Shown here: piece by piece, positions 44,093-55,738 of the stretch
Layout: each line of letters begins with the position of its first letter
Numbering within the stretch: position 1 is the first letter of the stretch
Assembly (NCBI GenBank): GCA_963766715.1
Contig: CAVYBH010000015.1
Coordinates: 224,001 to 288,000, forward strand
Origin: an uncultured delta proteobacterium
GTDB lineage: Bacteria; Myxococcota; Myxococcia; Myxococcales; Anaeromyxobacteraceae
Length of the DNA: 64,000 nucleotides
Direction of reading: 5' to 3'
Notes under the pieces: model-generated
What the model was told of the DNA's origin: nothing
The model's input: the letters and a program-made list of their open reading frames with translations, nothing else
Databases searched by the model: none
Made by a program: the position numbers and the translations under genes

Positions 44093-44728
44093 TCAGGCCA
44101 CCGACCGCCGGGAGCCCCGGCGCCGGGCCTCCCGGACCCAGCCCGGGAGCCGCGCCGCCAGCAGCAGGAAGAAGATGGCGGCGAAGAGCAGCGGCTTTCG
44201 TCAGGTCCGCCTTCACCCGCCACACGAAGTGGACGACCGCCAGCGCGGCCGCCAGGTAGGCGAGCCGGTGGATCCGCTTCCAGGTCCGGAAGCCGAGCCG
44301 CCTCACCCACCCGTCGGTGGAGGTGATGGCCAGCGGGGCCAGGCAGAGCAGCGCCGCGAACCCCACCATGATGAACGGACGCTTGGTGAGATCCTGGGAG
44401 ATGGTCCGCCAGTCGAAGAACTTGTCCACGACCACGTAGAAGGAGAAGTGGAGCAGCGCGTAGGCGAAGGCGGTGACGCCCAGCACGCGCCGCAGCCGCT
44501 GCAGCCAGGCCACGCCGAGCAGGTCCTTCGCCGGCGTGGGGACGAGCGAGAGGGCGAGCAGCGTCATGGCCCAGAAGCCGAGGCGATTCAGGGCCGCCTC
44601 GATGGGGTTCGCGCCCAGGCCGTCGCTCGGAAGGCGTCCCAGCCCAGCTTGGCGAGCGGCAGGAGGAGCACGGCGACGGCGGCCGGCTTCACCCAGCGCG
44701 ATGGACCGCGAGCCAGGGGGACGCGCAC
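44093..44728 (-). CDS. msrQ: methionine sulfoxide reductase heme subunit, frameshifted
   Basis: RRVLGVTAFAYALLH, KRPFIMVG, PLAITS, WKRIHRLAY, VHFVW; downstream of msrP. Confidence 0.85.
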
Positions 44729-44739
44729 GCGCGCGGGCC

Positions 44740-45696
44740 TCAGTAGAGCTTTCTCGGGTCCATGCCCGCGTACATCCCGGCCACCTCGGCCGCGTAGCCG
44801 TTGAAGGGCAGCGTCTCCCGCCGGAAGAAGTCCCCCAGGCGGCGCTCCTTGGCCTGGCTCCAGCGCGGGTGGTCGACGGCGGGATTCACGTTGCCGTAGA
44901 AGCCGTACTCGTTCGGCGCCATGAGCCACCAGGTCGTCTTCGGCTGCTCCTCGACGAAGCGCATGCGGACGATCGACTTCGGCCCCTTGAAGCCGTACTT
45001 CCACGGGAGGATCACCCGCACCGGCGCCCCGTTCTGGTTGGGGAGCACGCGGCCGTAGAGCCCCACCGTGAGGAGCGCGAGCGGGTTCGTCGCCTCGTCG
45101 ATGCGCAGGCCCTCGGTGTAGGGCCACTCGAGCACCCGGCTCCGCTGTCCGGGCATCTCCTTGGGGTCGAGCAGCGTCTGGAAGACCACGTACTTCGCCC
45201 TGGAGGTGGGCTCGAGCCGCTTGATCAGGTCGCCGAGCGGAAACCCCACCCAGGGCACGACCATCGACCAGGCCTCGACGCAGCGGAAGCGGTAGATGCG
45301 CTCCTGGAGGGGGAACATCCGGAGGAGGTCCTCGATGCCGAGGAGCTGGGGCTTCTTCACCTCCCCCTCGACGGCGACGGTCCACGGGCGCGTCTTCAGC
45401 GAGCCGGCCAGGCGCGCGGGGTCCTCCTTGGAGGTCCCGAACTCGTAGAAGTTGTTGTAGGTCGTGACCGACTTCCACGGGGTGGGCTTCTCGCCGCCGG
45501 CCTGGTTCACGGACGCGGCGGTCTGGAGCACCTCGCCCGCCGGGTCGTCGGCGCCCGCCAGGGCGGGAAGCGGAAGGCCCGCCGCGGCCGCGCCGATGGC
45601 GCCTGCGGCCCCGAGCCGGAGGAACTCGCGGCGGCGCAGGTAGAGCGCCTCGGGGGTGGCGTCGGCGTCGCGCAGGTCGGGTTTCCAGGTCGTCAT
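44740..45696 (-). CDS. msrP: methionine sulfoxide reductase molybdoenzyme
   Basis: Tat motif [43 protein letters not shown]. Confidence 0.95.
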   Translation of the reverse strand: MTTWKPDLRDADATPEALYLRRREFLRLGAAGAIGAAAAGLPLPALAGADDPAGEVLQTAASVNQAGGEKPTPWKSVTTYNNFYEFGTSKEDPARLAGSLKTRPWTVAVEGEVKKPQLLGIEDLLRMFPLQERIYRFRCVEAWSMVVPWVGFPLGDLIKRLEPTSRAKYVVFQTLLDPKEMPGQRSRVLEWPYTEGLRIDEATNPLALLTVGLYGRVLPNQNGAPVRVILPWKYGFKGPKSIVRMRFVEEQPKTTWWLMAPNEYGFYGNVNPAVDHPRWSQAKERRLGDFFRRETLPFNGYAAEVAGMYAGMDPRKLY

Positions 45697-45795
45697 GGCG
45701 GCTCCGGCAAGGCGTTCCCTTAACCGCGGGAGGGCCTCGCCCGCCCGTGTCACAAATGCGCCCGCCGCGTCTCCATTCCGGGAAAGGAGGCAGTC

Positions 45796-46185
45796 ATGCA
45801 GAACCTGAAAGCACTCCGGATCGCGGTCGTCTCCGTCGCCCTGGCCTGGGCGGGACAGGCCCTCGCGCAGCCCATCACCGGGCAGGTGGTCGGCGTGGTC
45901 ACCGACGCCGAGACGGGAAAGCCCATCGCGGGGGCCACCGTCACGGCCAGCAGCCCGGGCTGGATTGACCAGTCGTTCACCACCGACGGGTCCGGCTACT
46001 ACGTCATCACCGCGCTGCCGCCCATGAACTACACGCTGATCGCCACGGCGCCCGGCTACAAGGAGTCCTTCACCCCCGACGCCTCGATCATGGTCGACCG
46101 GCGGATCAAGAACGACATGCGGCTCGCCCCGGCCCGCGCGAAGGCCGGGGAGACCCCATCGGCCTCCCCGGTGGCGACGCGCTGA
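45796..46185 (+). CDS. secreted carboxypeptidase-regulatory-like domain protein
   Basis: Signal peptide; [40 protein letters not shown]. Confidence 0.75.
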   Translation: MQNLKALRIAVVSVALAWAGQALAQPITGQVVGVVTDAETGKPIAGATVTASSPGWIDQSFTTDGSGYYVITALPPMNYTLIATAPGYKESFTPDASIMVDRRIKNDMRLAPARAKAGETPSASPVATR

Positions 46186-46188
46186 GCC

Positions 46189-47550
46189 TCAGAAGTTGTA
46201 GGCGATGGCGTAGAGGAGGCTGATGCTCCGGATGGAGAGCCGCGTGGTGACCGGCGGCTCTCCCGGTTACTGGGGGGCCAGCTCGAAGTTCTTCGAGTCG
46301 CCCCAGCTGAACCCCAGGCCCAGCGACCCGGAGAGGTGGGACCCCTTGAGCTTGGCCCCCAGGGTCGCGCCGAAGAGGTTCACGCTGCGGAAGAGGCTCG
46401 AGCCGGCCGGATCGACCGGCGCGGCGTCGGAGTAGAACCCGCCGTGGAAGCTCCAGGACTCGTCGAGCCTGTAGTGTCCGCCCACCGCCACGTTCCACAC
46501 CGCGGCGGCCCCGTAGGTCAGCGCCGGAAGCGGGGAGAAGGTGTGGACCGGGAGCCCGTCCGGGCCCGTGGTCACGCTCTCGACCTTCTGCGTCGAGCCG
46601 AGCAGGGTGTACTGGGAGATGGCGGAGTGGTAGCGGACGTCCAGCTCCGCCTCGAACTTCTTGTCGCGCCAGGCGAGACCGAAGTTCACGGTGAGCGGCA
46701 GGCGGTACGCGAAGGTGGCGTCGGGATCGCGGAAGTAGACCTGGTTCCAGGGCGTGCCGTCCGCCGCCATCGACTGGTAGGCGAGCGAGCCCGTCTGGAG
46801 GATCTGGAGCGTGGGCGTGGAGAGGCTCGCACCGACCAGGAAGTGATCGGTGATGTCCCACTGGACCCCGAAGGTCCCCTGCGCCCCCCAGGTGACGCCG
46901 GTGGCGTCCGCCGTCCGCAGCGACGCGGCGGCGGTCGCATCGGTGTCGACGGCACGCTGGGAGAGGATCTGCGTCTGGGAGAGGCTCGTGACGGCCACGC
47001 CCAGGCCCGCGCCGAAGCGCAGGTTCGGCAGGGCCGCCCAGGCCGCCGAGATGGTCGGGATCAGGGTCGAGATGCTCACCCGGGAGGAGTAGGTGATCCG
47101 GTTGCCTTCCAGCGTGGCGCCGTTGACCGCGACCGACCAGGAGGTGGGCTTGGTGGCCGAGAAGCCGATGCGCCAGGCGTCCGAATGGAGGACGTCGTTG
47201 CCCAGCACGGCGCCGAAGAAGCTCGGCAGCTGGGCCAGGGAGACGCGCCCCGAGGAGGTCTGGATCGACCCCAGGTCGATGATGTCGAGCTCGTAGCCGG
47301 TGGCGCTGGCGCCGATGATGCTCCGCTCCACCCGCGCCAGGCCGGCCGGGTTGTACCAGCCGGAGGTGGTATCGGCGACGCGGGCCACGTAGGCGCCGGA
47401 CTCGAGCGCCTCCTCCTGCCCGATGAGGACCCGATCGTAGTTGGTCAGGATGGCGCTGGGCGGGAGCGGGAGGGAAGTCTGGGCGACGCCGGCGGCGGGC
47501 AGGAGGGCCGCGGCCAGTGCCGCGATCCGGGGGGTAAGAGACCAGTTCAT
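46189..47550 (-). CDS. outer-membrane beta-barrel (FadL/OmpP1-like), frameshift near 3' end
   Basis: Signal peptide; [20 protein letters not shown] (FadL-like plug); amphipathic strands; terminal YAIAYNF* in another frame. Confidence 0.65.
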
Positions 47551-47648
47551 GGCCCGACGAAGCTAGCACGCCACCACCGGATCGCCGCGGCCGTCGGGGG
47601 CGGTTATGCTCCGCGGCGCGGGTCCGGAGCGACCCGCCGGAGGTCGCC

Positions 47649-48107
47649 ATGGTCACGCTGCTCGTCAACGGTACCAGCCACCCGGTGGACGTCTCGCCGG
47701 AGACCCCTCTCCTCTGGGCGCTCCGCGACACCCTCGGGCTGACCGGCACCAAGTTCGGCTGCGGCATCGGCGCCTGCGGCTCCTGCACGGTGCTCGTGGA
47801 GGGCGAGCCCACCCGGAGCTGCCAGCTCACCGTCGGCGAGGCCGCCGGCCGCCGCATCACGACCATCGAGGGGCTCTCGCCCGACGGGAGCCACCCCGTC
47901 CAGAGGGCCTGGATCGCCGACGAGGTCCCGCAGTGCGGCTACTGCCAGTCCGGACAGATCGTGGCCGCCGCCGCGCTGCTCGCCCGCAAGCCGCACCCCA
48001 CCGACGCCGACATCGACGACGCCATGGACGGCATCCTCTGCCGCTGCGGGACCTACGAGCGGATCCGGCGCGCCGTCCACCTCGCCGCGAAGGGAGGCAC
48101 GCCATGA
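47649..48107 (+). CDS. (2Fe-2S) small subunit, isoquinoline 1-oxidoreductase alpha-like
   Basis: [30 protein letters not shown]. Confidence 0.9.
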   Translation: MVTLLVNGTSHPVDVSPETPLLWALRDTLGLTGTKFGCGIGACGSCTVLVEGEPTRSCQLTVGEAAGRRITTIEGLSPDGSHPVQRAWIADEVPQCGYCQSGQIVAAAALLARKPHPTDADIDDAMDGILCRCGTYERIRRAVHLAAKGGTP

Positions 48108-50247
48108 GCGCGGGCACGATGGGGCGCCGCACCTTCCTCGAGATCGCGGCCGGGACGGGGCTCTGGCTGGCCGCCAGCCCGCTGCGGGTGGCCGCCGCCG
48201 ATCCCGCCTCCCCGGCTTCCGCGTCCGGGTTCCAGCCGAGCGTCTGGCTGAACGTCGATCCGAAGGGCGCGGTGACCGTGTTCCTGGGCCGCTCCGAGAT
48301 GGGGCAGGGCAGCTACACCGGCATGGCGGTGCTCGTGGCGGAGGAGCTCGACGCCGACTGGAAGACGGTGCGCGTGGTCCAGGGCGACGCCGATCCGAGG
48401 TACGGCCGGATGATCACCGGCGGGTCGTCCAGCGTCCGCCAGTCCTGGGAGCCGCTCCGGAAGGCCGGCGCCGCCGCCCGCGAGATGCTCGTCGCCGCAG
48501 CGGCCGCGCGCTGGGGCGTCGAGCCGGCGTCCTGTCGCGCCGGGAACGGCGAGGTGACCCACGCCGCCTCGGGCCGCCGCGCGACCTACGGAGAGCTGGC
48601 CCAGGAGGCCTCCCGGGTGCCGGTGCCGGAGAGCCCGCGCCTCAAGGACCCGAAGGACTACCGGCTCATCGGCAAGGCCGTTCCCCGGCTCGACACACCG
48701 GCGAAGACCCGCGGTGCGGCCACCTTCGGGATCGACGTCCGCGTCCCCGGAATGCTCCACGCCGCGGTGGCCCGGCCGCCCACGCTGGGCGGCAAGGTGG
48801 TGCGCTTCGACGCGAAGAAGGCCCTCGCGATCCCGGGCGTGCGGAAGGTGTTCGAGGTGCCGAGCGGGATCGCGGTGGTCGCCGACACGACCTGGAGCGC
48901 CTTCCGCGGCCGGGATGCGCTCGACGTCGTCGTTCGAGCCGGGGCCGAACGGCTGCCCTCGACTCGGCGGCCATCGCCCGGCTCGTGCTCGCCGCGCCGG
49001 TGGACGAGAAGCCCGCCCGCAGCGAAGGGGACCTCGAGAAGGCGCTCGCCGGCGCCGCGAAGAAGGTCACCGCGACCTACCACCTCCCCTTCCTCGCCCA
49101 CGCCACCATGGAGCCCATGAACTGCGTGGCCCGGGTCGACGCCGGCGGGGCCGAGATCTGGGCCCCCACCCAGGCGCCGCTGTGGGCGCGCGGCGACGTG
49201 GCCAAGGCGCTCGGCCTTCCGGACGACAAGGTGGTGGTGCACGTCACCTTCCTCGGAGGGGGCTTCGGTCGCCGCGCCTTTCCCGACTTCGTGCTCGAGG
49301 CCGCGCACGTCTCGAAGGGAGCCGGGGCCCCGGTGCAGGTCACCTGGACCCGCGAGGACGACCTCCGGGGCGACTACTTCCGCCCCTGCGGCGTGAACGA
49401 GCTGCGCGCCGGCCTCGACGCGAAGGGGAACCTCGTCGCCTGGCACCACCGCGTGCGGAGCCCGTCCATCTCCGCGCAGCACTTCGGAAGCTCCGGGCGC
49501 AACGGCCATCCGGACGTGGTGGAGGGAGCGGTGGACGTCCCGTACCGGTCCCGCGCCATCCGCGTCGACAGCGCCATGCCCGAGGTCGGCGTGCGGCTCG
49601 GCTGGTGGCGCTCGGTCTACGCGTCCCAGAACGCCTTCGCCGAGGAGAGCTTCGTGGACGAGGTGGCGCACGCCGCCGGGAAGGACCCGCTGGCCTTCCG
49701 GCTCGCGCTGCTCCCGCCCGATCATCCCCTGCGGACGGTCCTCGCGCTGGCCGGCGAGAGGGCCGGCTGGGGAAGGAAGCTCCCGAAGGGGGTCGCCCGC
49801 GGCATCGCCTGCCAGTCGTCCTTCGGCAGCCACGTCGCGGAGGTGGCGGAGGTCACGCTCGTGAAGGGGAAGGTCCGCGTGAACCGGGTCGTGGTGGCCG
49901 TCTCCTGCGGCACGGCGCTCAACCCGGACAGCGTGGCCCACCAGATGGAAGGGTCCGTGGCCTACGGGCTCTCCGCGGCGCTGCGCGGCGAGATCACCTT
50001 CGCGAAGGGGGCCGCGGTCCAGGACAACTTCCACCTCTACGAGCCCCTGCGCATCTCCGAGATGCCGAAGGTCGAGACCTTCATCGTGCCGAGCACGGCC
50101 GCTCCGGGCGGCATCGGCGAGCCGGGCCTTCCCCCCATCGCACCGGCGGTGGCGAACGCGCTCTTCGCGCTCACCGGGGAGCGGCTGCGCAGCCTGCCCT
50201 TCAAGGTCGCGGCAGCGGGTCGTCCTTCCGGAACGCCGTCCCGGTGA
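48104..50247 (+). CDS. molybdopterin-binding large subunit (IorB-like), Tat-exported, frameshift near 48950
   Basis: [44 protein letters not shown]. Confidence 0.88.
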
Positions 50248-50602
50248 AGAGGGCGACGAGCTCGCCCTTCTCGTCGGTGACGCGGACGGTGCAGGTGGAG
50301 AGGCGGCGCGAGCCCGACTCCTCCCGCGCCTCCGCCCGGAGCACGCCCGCGCGCACGGCCCGCAGGAAGGTGACGTGGGCCTCGATGGCCAGCGCCACGT
50401 TTCCCCGGGAGTTGGACGCCGCGGCGAAGGCGAAGTCGGCGAGCGTGAAGACCGCCCCTCCCTGCACGACGCCGGCCGCGTTGAGGTGCTCGCCGCTCAC
50501 GGTGAGCCGGGCGACCGCCCTCCCCTCCTCCACCTCGAGGAGCTCGATGCCGTTTCGGGCGGCGAAGCGGTCCCCACCGAAGAACGAGCGCAGCTCGGAC
50601 AT
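50201..50602 (-). CDS. PaaI-family hotdog thioesterase
   Basis: [27 protein letters not shown]. Confidence 0.88.
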   Translation of the reverse strand: MSELRSFFGGDRFAARNGIELLEVEEGRAVARLTVSGEHLNAAGVVQGGAVFTLADFAFAAASNSRGNVALAIEAHVTFLRAVRAGVLRAEAREESGSRRLSTCTVRVTDEKGELVALFTGTAFRKDDPLPRP

Positions 50603-50682
50603 CCGCCGATCCTACCCGTTCGCGCCCGTGCCGGGGTTGCGAAGCGGACCGGGCGGGATATGGGACTGCGAAGGAGGCACCC

Positions 50683-51237
50683 ATGGCCAAGAAGGCTCGA
50701 GGCAAGGCTCGTCCGGCGAGGAAGGTCGCGAGGAAGGCGGCGCGCAAGCCCGCCAGGAAGAAGGTCGACGCGGTCCCGCGCGCCTCCGGCGCCCTCGTCC
50801 CCGGGCTCGCCATCCGCGGCGCCGCCGCGGCGATCGAGTTCTACAAGAAGGCGTTCGGCGCGAAGGAGCTCTCCCGGATGTCCAGCCCGGACGGGAAGAT
50901 CATGCACGCGGAGCTGAGGCTCGGAGACCGGGTGCTCTTCCTGGGCGACGAATCCCCGGAGATGGGCGCGCCGTCTCCCCAGACGCTGGGGGGCTCGCCG
51001 GTCTCCCTCATGCACTACGTGAAGGACGTGGACGCCGTGTACGCCCGCGCGGTCGCCGCCGGGGCGAAGCCGGTCATGCCCCCCGCCGACATGTTCTGGG
51101 GCGACCGGTTCGGACAGGTCACCGATCCCTTCGGCCACCGCTGGGCGCTCGCCACCCACCAGGCCGACCTGACGCCCAGGCAGATGAAGAAGGCCATGGA
51201 CGAGTGGATGGCGTCGCAGGGGATGGCGCAGGGATGA
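50683..51237 (+). CDS. VOC/PhnB-like protein with Lys/Ala/Arg-rich N-terminus
   Basis: [36 protein letters not shown]. Confidence 0.85.
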   Translation: MAKKARGKARPARKVARKAARKPARKKVDAVPRASGALVPGLAIRGAAAAIEFYKKAFGAKELSRMSSPDGKIMHAELRLGDRVLFLGDESPEMGAPSPQTLGGSPVSLMHYVKDVDAVYARAVAAGAKPVMPPADMFWGDRFGQVTDPFGHRWALATHQADLTPRQMKKAMDEWMASQGMAQG

Positions 51238-51256
51238 GCCTCGACGGCGGCGCGGC

Positions 51257-52072
51257 GTGAAGGAGGCCGATCGGGAGGCCCTCGCCCGCGCGCGCGACGT
51301 GCTCGAGAACCCCGGGCTCGCCATCCGGCTCACCGACCTGGTGGGGCGCCCGGTGGAGATGGCGGTCGCCGCCCTCCCCGCGGCCGCCTCGCGCCAGATC
51401 CACCGCGCCACGGGTGCGGCCCTCGACCGGGCGCTCTCGGTCGCGCTGCGCACCATGGACGCCGACCCCAATCCACCTGCCAAGTGGTTCCACCGGCTGG
51501 CCGCCGGGGCCGCCGGCGCGGGCGGGGGCGCCTTCGGGCTCGCCGGCCTCGCCATCGAGCTTCCGGTGTCGACCACCCTCATGCTCCGGGCCATCGCCGA
51601 CCACGCCCGGGCGCAGGGGGAGGATCTGGCCCGTCCCGAGGCGCGCCTCCAGTGCCTGGCGGTCTTCGCCTACGGCTCGCCCCGGGCCTCGGACGACGCG
51701 GCGGAGGCCGGCTACTTCGCCGTCCGCGCCGCGCTGGCCCGCTCGATCGCGGAGGCCTCCGAGTGGGTGGCGACGAAGGGGCTCACGCGCGCCGCCGCGG
51801 ACCGGGGCGCCCCGGCGCTCGCCCGCCTGCTCTCGACCGTGGCGCAGCGCTTCGGGGTGGCGGTGTCGGAGAAGGCCGCCGCGCAGCTCGTGCCGCTCCT
51901 CGGCGCGGCCGGGGGCGCGGCCGTGAACCTGGCCTTCATGAGCCACTACCAGCGCACGGCCTGGGGCCACTTCACCGTCCGGCGACTGGAGCGGATCCAC
52001 GGGGAGGCGGCCGTCCGCGCCGCCTGGGGACCGCCGGGGCGCGGACGCCCCCGGATCACGTCGCGTCGCTGA
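51257..52072 (+). CDS. EcsC family protein
   Basis: GAGGGAFGLAGLAIELPVSTTLMLRAIADHAR, AAQLVPLLGAAGGAAVN, HFTVRRLER. Confidence 0.75.
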   Translation: MKEADREALARARDVLENPGLAIRLTDLVGRPVEMAVAALPAAASRQIHRATGAALDRALSVALRTMDADPNPPAKWFHRLAAGAAGAGGGAFGLAGLAIELPVSTTLMLRAIADHARAQGEDLARPEARLQCLAVFAYGSPRASDDAAEAGYFAVRAALARSIAEASEWVATKGLTRAAADRGAPALARLLSTVAQRFGVAVSEKAAAQLVPLLGAAGGAAVNLAFMSHYQRTAWGHFTVRRLERIHGEAAVRAAWGPPGRGRPRITSRR

Positions 52073-52746
52073 ACTTCATGGAGGCGTGGGTGCCGTCGCA
52101 GAACGGCTTGTTCTGCGAGGCCCCGCAGCGGCAGAGGGTCTGCCGGTTCCGCACCTCGTAGCCCTTCCCGTCGGCGCCGACCACCTCGATCCCGCCCCAC
52201 AGGGCGATGCCGCCGCTGCACCCCTGGGCCGGGTCCTCGACGAGGCCGGCCTGGGGCTGGAGCGTCGGCTCGTGGGCCTTGCCGGTCGCCTTGTCCCAGG
52301 CGACCAGGCGCCCGCCCGGGCAGGCGGCGGCCTCCTCCTCGGTGTGCCGGCGGGCCTCGGGCTCGTCCGACCGCTCGACCAGGTTCCAGACCCGGCCGTG
52401 GGGATCGCAGAAGCGCGCGAAGGCGCAGAGCGGCTCGGCGTCGGTGAGGCGCAGGGTCGGCCCGTCGATCGCCTCGGCCTGCTCCAGATAGGGATCGCGG
52501 CTGGCGGTCTCGGCCCCGTCGAAGCCGATCCGGGCGTGCGTGCCGTCGCAGAAGGGCTTCTTCTTCGAGCCCCCGCAGCGGCACAGGGCGTACTGCGCCT
52601 GCGCCGGGAAGGTCTCCCCCCGCTCCCAGCGCACCGACTCGCCCTCGGCGTTCACGCCGATGGTCAGCTTCACGAGCGGTACCGACCCGGTCACGAGGTA
52701 CGGCCCGTCCTTCGAGGATGGTCACTCGCCTCGGCTTCTCCGCCAT
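52056..52746 (-). CDS. double CDGSH iron-sulfur protein with central divergent Fe-S domain, N-terminal frameshift
   Basis: Two LCRCGxSxxKPFCDGTH motifs flanking CAFARFC...CPGG. Confidence 0.85.
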
Positions 52747-52845
52747 GGTGCCTCCGTTCCGGGCCTTGCGCCCCCTGCCTCGTTCCTCTAACGGTGGAGG
52801 GCGAATCCCGCGAGCCCCTCCGGGGGGTGGACGAACGGAGAACGG

Positions 52846-53748
52846 ATGAGCCGGAAGCTCTCGACCCGCAGGCTGTCCCGCTTCCTCGACCCCTACCGGA
52901 TCACCCGCGGGAAGGGGTTCCGCCTGCGCGACCACGATCCGGCCGACACCGGCGGCCTCGGGTCCGAGGACAAGCCGGAGGCGAAGCGGATGCTCGCCGA
53001 GGGCGTGGAGCGCCTGTCCGAGCTCCAGGAGAAGCTCTACGCCAGCGACGAATGGGGCGCGCTGCTCATCTTCCAGGCCATGGACGCGGCGGGGAAGGAC
53101 GGCACCATCAAGCACGTCCTCTCCGGCGTGAACCCGCAGGGCTGCCAGGTCACCTCCTTCAAGCAGCCCTCGCCGGAGGAGCTGGACCACGACTTCCTCT
53201 GGCGGACCCAGCGCGTCGCGCCGGAGCGGGGGCGGCTCGGCATCTTCAACCGCTCCTACTACGAGGAGGTCCTGGTGGTGCGGGTGCACCCGCAGATCCT
53301 GGCCCGCCAGCGCATCCCGCCCAGCCTGGTGGGGAAGGACATCTGGGAGGAGCGGCTCGAGGCCATCGCCGACTACGAGCGCCACCTGGCCCGGAACGGG
53401 TTCCTCGTCCTCAAGTTCTTCCTCAACGTCTCGCGCAAGGAGCAGAAGCGGCGCTTCCTGGAGCGGCTCGACGAGCCCGACAAGCACTGGAAGTTCTCCT
53501 CCGCCGACGTGCGGGAGCGGGCCCACTGGTCGAGCTACATGAAGGCCTACGAGGAGGCCATCCGGGGCACGGCGAGGAAGCACGCCCCCTGGTACGTGGT
53601 CCCGGCCGACAACAAGTGGTTCACCCGGCTGGTGGTCGCGGCGGCCGTCGTGGAGGCGCTCGAGTCACTGCGGCTGGAGTACCCGCGGGTCAGCGACGCC
53701 CAGAAGGAGGAGCTCGCGCTGGCCCGGGTGCAGCTGTCGAAGGAATAA
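52846..53748 (+). CDS. ppk2: polyphosphate kinase 2 family (class III-like)
   Basis: FQAMDAAGKDGTIK, FKQPS, IFNRSYYEEVL, WKFSSAD, WYVVPADNKW. Confidence 0.9.
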   Translation: MSRKLSTRRLSRFLDPYRITRGKGFRLRDHDPADTGGLGSEDKPEAKRMLAEGVERLSELQEKLYASDEWGALLIFQAMDAAGKDGTIKHVLSGVNPQGCQVTSFKQPSPEELDHDFLWRTQRVAPERGRLGIFNRSYYEEVLVVRVHPQILARQRIPPSLVGKDIWEERLEAIADYERHLARNGFLVLKFFLNVSRKEQKRRFLERLDEPDKHWKFSSADVRERAHWSSYMKAYEEAIRGTARKHAPWYVVPADNKWFTRLVVAAAVVEALESLRLEYPRVSDAQKEELALARVQLSKE

Positions 53749-53793
53749 ATCTGCTAACATCGACGCCCTTCTTTCCTCCCGAAAGGCGCTCCC

Positions 53794-55173
53794 ATGTCCC
53801 TCACGCTCCAGGACGTCAGCCACGCGGTTCGCGAGACCCAGTACGCGGTTCGCGGTGCCATCGTGGCTCGCGCCGGCGAGCTGGAGCGGCAGGGGCGGCG
53901 GATCATCTACTGCAACATCGGCAACCCCCAGTCGCTCGGGCAGAAGCCGCTCACCTACGTCCGGCAGGTCCTCGCGCTCTGCGAGTACCCGGCGCTCCTC
54001 GAGGGGCCGGCGGCGGCGGCCTTCCCGGAGGACGCCCGCGAGGCGGCCCGGCTCGTGCTGCGCGAGAGCGGCGGGCACGGCGTGGGGATCTACACCGAGA
54101 GCAAGGGCTGGCGCTTCGTCCGGCAGGCGGTGGCCGACTTCGTCCACGAGCGCGACGGCATCCCCGCCGACGCCGAGCACGTCTTCCTCACCGACGGCGC
54201 CAGCAAGGGCGTGCAGTCGGTGCTGCGCCTGCTCGTCGACGGCCCGGCGGACGGGGTGATGATCCCCATCCCGCAGTACCCGCTCTACTCGGCCTCCCTC
54301 ACGCTGCTGGGCGGCACGATGGTCCCGTACTACCTGGACGAGGCGAAGGACTGGAGCCTCTCCCGCCACGCGCTCGAGACCGCCCACGCGGAGGCGGTGA
54401 CGCGGGGGATCCGGGTCCGGGCCATCGCGGTCATCAACCCGGGGAACCCCACCGGCGCGGTGCTCGACGAGTCCAACGTGGCGATGGTGCTCGACTTCGC
54501 CCGCGCCCACGGGCTCTCGGTGCTGGCCGACGAGGTCTACCAGGAGAACGTCTACCGGGCGGGCGACCGCTTCGTCTCCTTCGCCAGCGTGCTCGTCCGG
54601 CGCGGCCTCCTCGACGTGCCCCTCTTCAGCTTCCACTCCGTGTCGAAGGGGTTCTTCGGCGAGTGCGGCCACCGGGGCGGATACCTCGAGTGCCGCAACG
54701 TCCCGGCCGAGGTGATGGCGGAGGTCGAGAAGCTCCAGTCGGTGGCGCTGTGCGCCAACTCGGCGGGACAGCTGGTCACCTGGATCCTGGTGCGGCCGCC
54801 CCGGCCCGGCGAGCCCTCCTTCCCGCTCTTCGACCGGGAGCGGCGCGGGATCCTCGAGTCGCTGAAGCACCGGGCCGCGCTGCTCGGGAAGGGGCTGAAC
54901 GCCATCCCGGGCATCCAGTGCAACGCGCTCACCGGGGCGATGTACGCCTTCCCGCGGATCACGCTCCCGCCCGGGACCACCGACGCCGAGTACTGCCTCG
55001 CCTTGCTCGAGGAGACCGGCATCTGCGTGGTCCCGGGGTCGGGGTTCGGCCAGCTCCCCGGCACCTGCCACTTCCGGACCACCATCCTGCCGCCGGTCGA
55101 GGAGATCGAGACGGTGGTGCGGAAGCTCTCCGGGTTCCACGCCGCGTTCGTCCGGGCCCACGGCGGGGCCTGA
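53794..55173 (+). CDS. alanine aminotransferase, eukaryote-type (class I/II PLP)
   Basis: YAVRG, NIGNPQSLGQKPLT, PIPQYPLYSA, INPGNPTG, DEVYQEN, FHSVSKG..GECGHRGGY, PGSGFGQ, HFRTTILP. Confidence 0.88.
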   Translation: MSLTLQDVSHAVRETQYAVRGAIVARAGELERQGRRIIYCNIGNPQSLGQKPLTYVRQVLALCEYPALLEGPAAAAFPEDAREAARLVLRESGGHGVGIYTESKGWRFVRQAVADFVHERDGIPADAEHVFLTDGASKGVQSVLRLLVDGPADGVMIPIPQYPLYSASLTLLGGTMVPYYLDEAKDWSLSRHALETAHAEAVTRGIRVRAIAVINPGNPTGAVLDESNVAMVLDFARAHGLSVLADEVYQENVYRAGDRFVSFASVLVRRGLLDVPLFSFHSVSKGFFGECGHRGGYLECRNVPAEVMAEVEKLQSVALCANSAGQLVTWILVRPPRPGEPSFPLFDRERRGILESLKHRAALLGKGLNAIPGIQCNALTGAMYAFPRITLPPGTTDAEYCLALLEETGICVVPGSGFGQLPGTCHFRTTILPPVEEIETVVRKLSGFHAAFVRAHGGA

Positions 55174-55179
55174 TCCCGA

Positions 55180-55584
55180 TCAGTGCGGGTGGGTCGACGC
55201 GCCGGCGCGCTCCTCGGCGTGCCGGCCGGGCCGGGCGTAGTCGGCGAAGCCCGCGAAGTCGAGGAGCACGCAGGGCTCGCTCCCCACCGTCCACGCGTCG
55301 TGCCCGGGCGGGATGGTGACGAAGTCCCCGGGGGCGATCTCCGCCTCCTGCCCGTCGTCCATGACGACGCGCATCCGCCCGGAGAGCACGTAGCCGGCGT
55401 GCGCCGCCTCGCAGCTCGCGGTCCCGGCGATGGGCTTCACGTGCTTCGACCAGCGCCACCCGGGCTCGAAGATGCCGCGGCCGACGAGGTCGTCGCCGAG
55501 GCGGATGAGCTCCAGCCGGCCCTTGTCCACGAAGGGCCTCGTCTCGTCGGGTGCGGAGAACCGCTTGATCGCCATGCGGGTCAT
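55180..55584 (-). CDS. cupin domain protein
   Basis: PGWRWSKHVKP, HAGYVLSG, IPPGHDAW. Confidence 0.8.
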   Translation of the reverse strand: MTRMAIKRFSAPDETRPFVDKGRLELIRLGDDLVGRGIFEPGWRWSKHVKPIAGTASCEAAHAGYVLSGRMRVVMDDGQEAEIAPGDFVTIPPGHDAWTVGSEPCVLLDFAGFADYARPGRHAEERAGASTHPH

Positions 55585-55738
55585 GTGGCTGCCTCCTCGA
55601 CCGGCGCGCCTCCCGCGGCCGGCCGTCGAGCACGTTGCGCCCCGCCGGAGGGCGCGATCAAGCGACCGCCGGGCTCTTGCGGGTTCCCCCGTCGGGCCCG
55701 TGGGAAAACCGCTTTTCGCGCCACGCTGGCCCCGCCGC

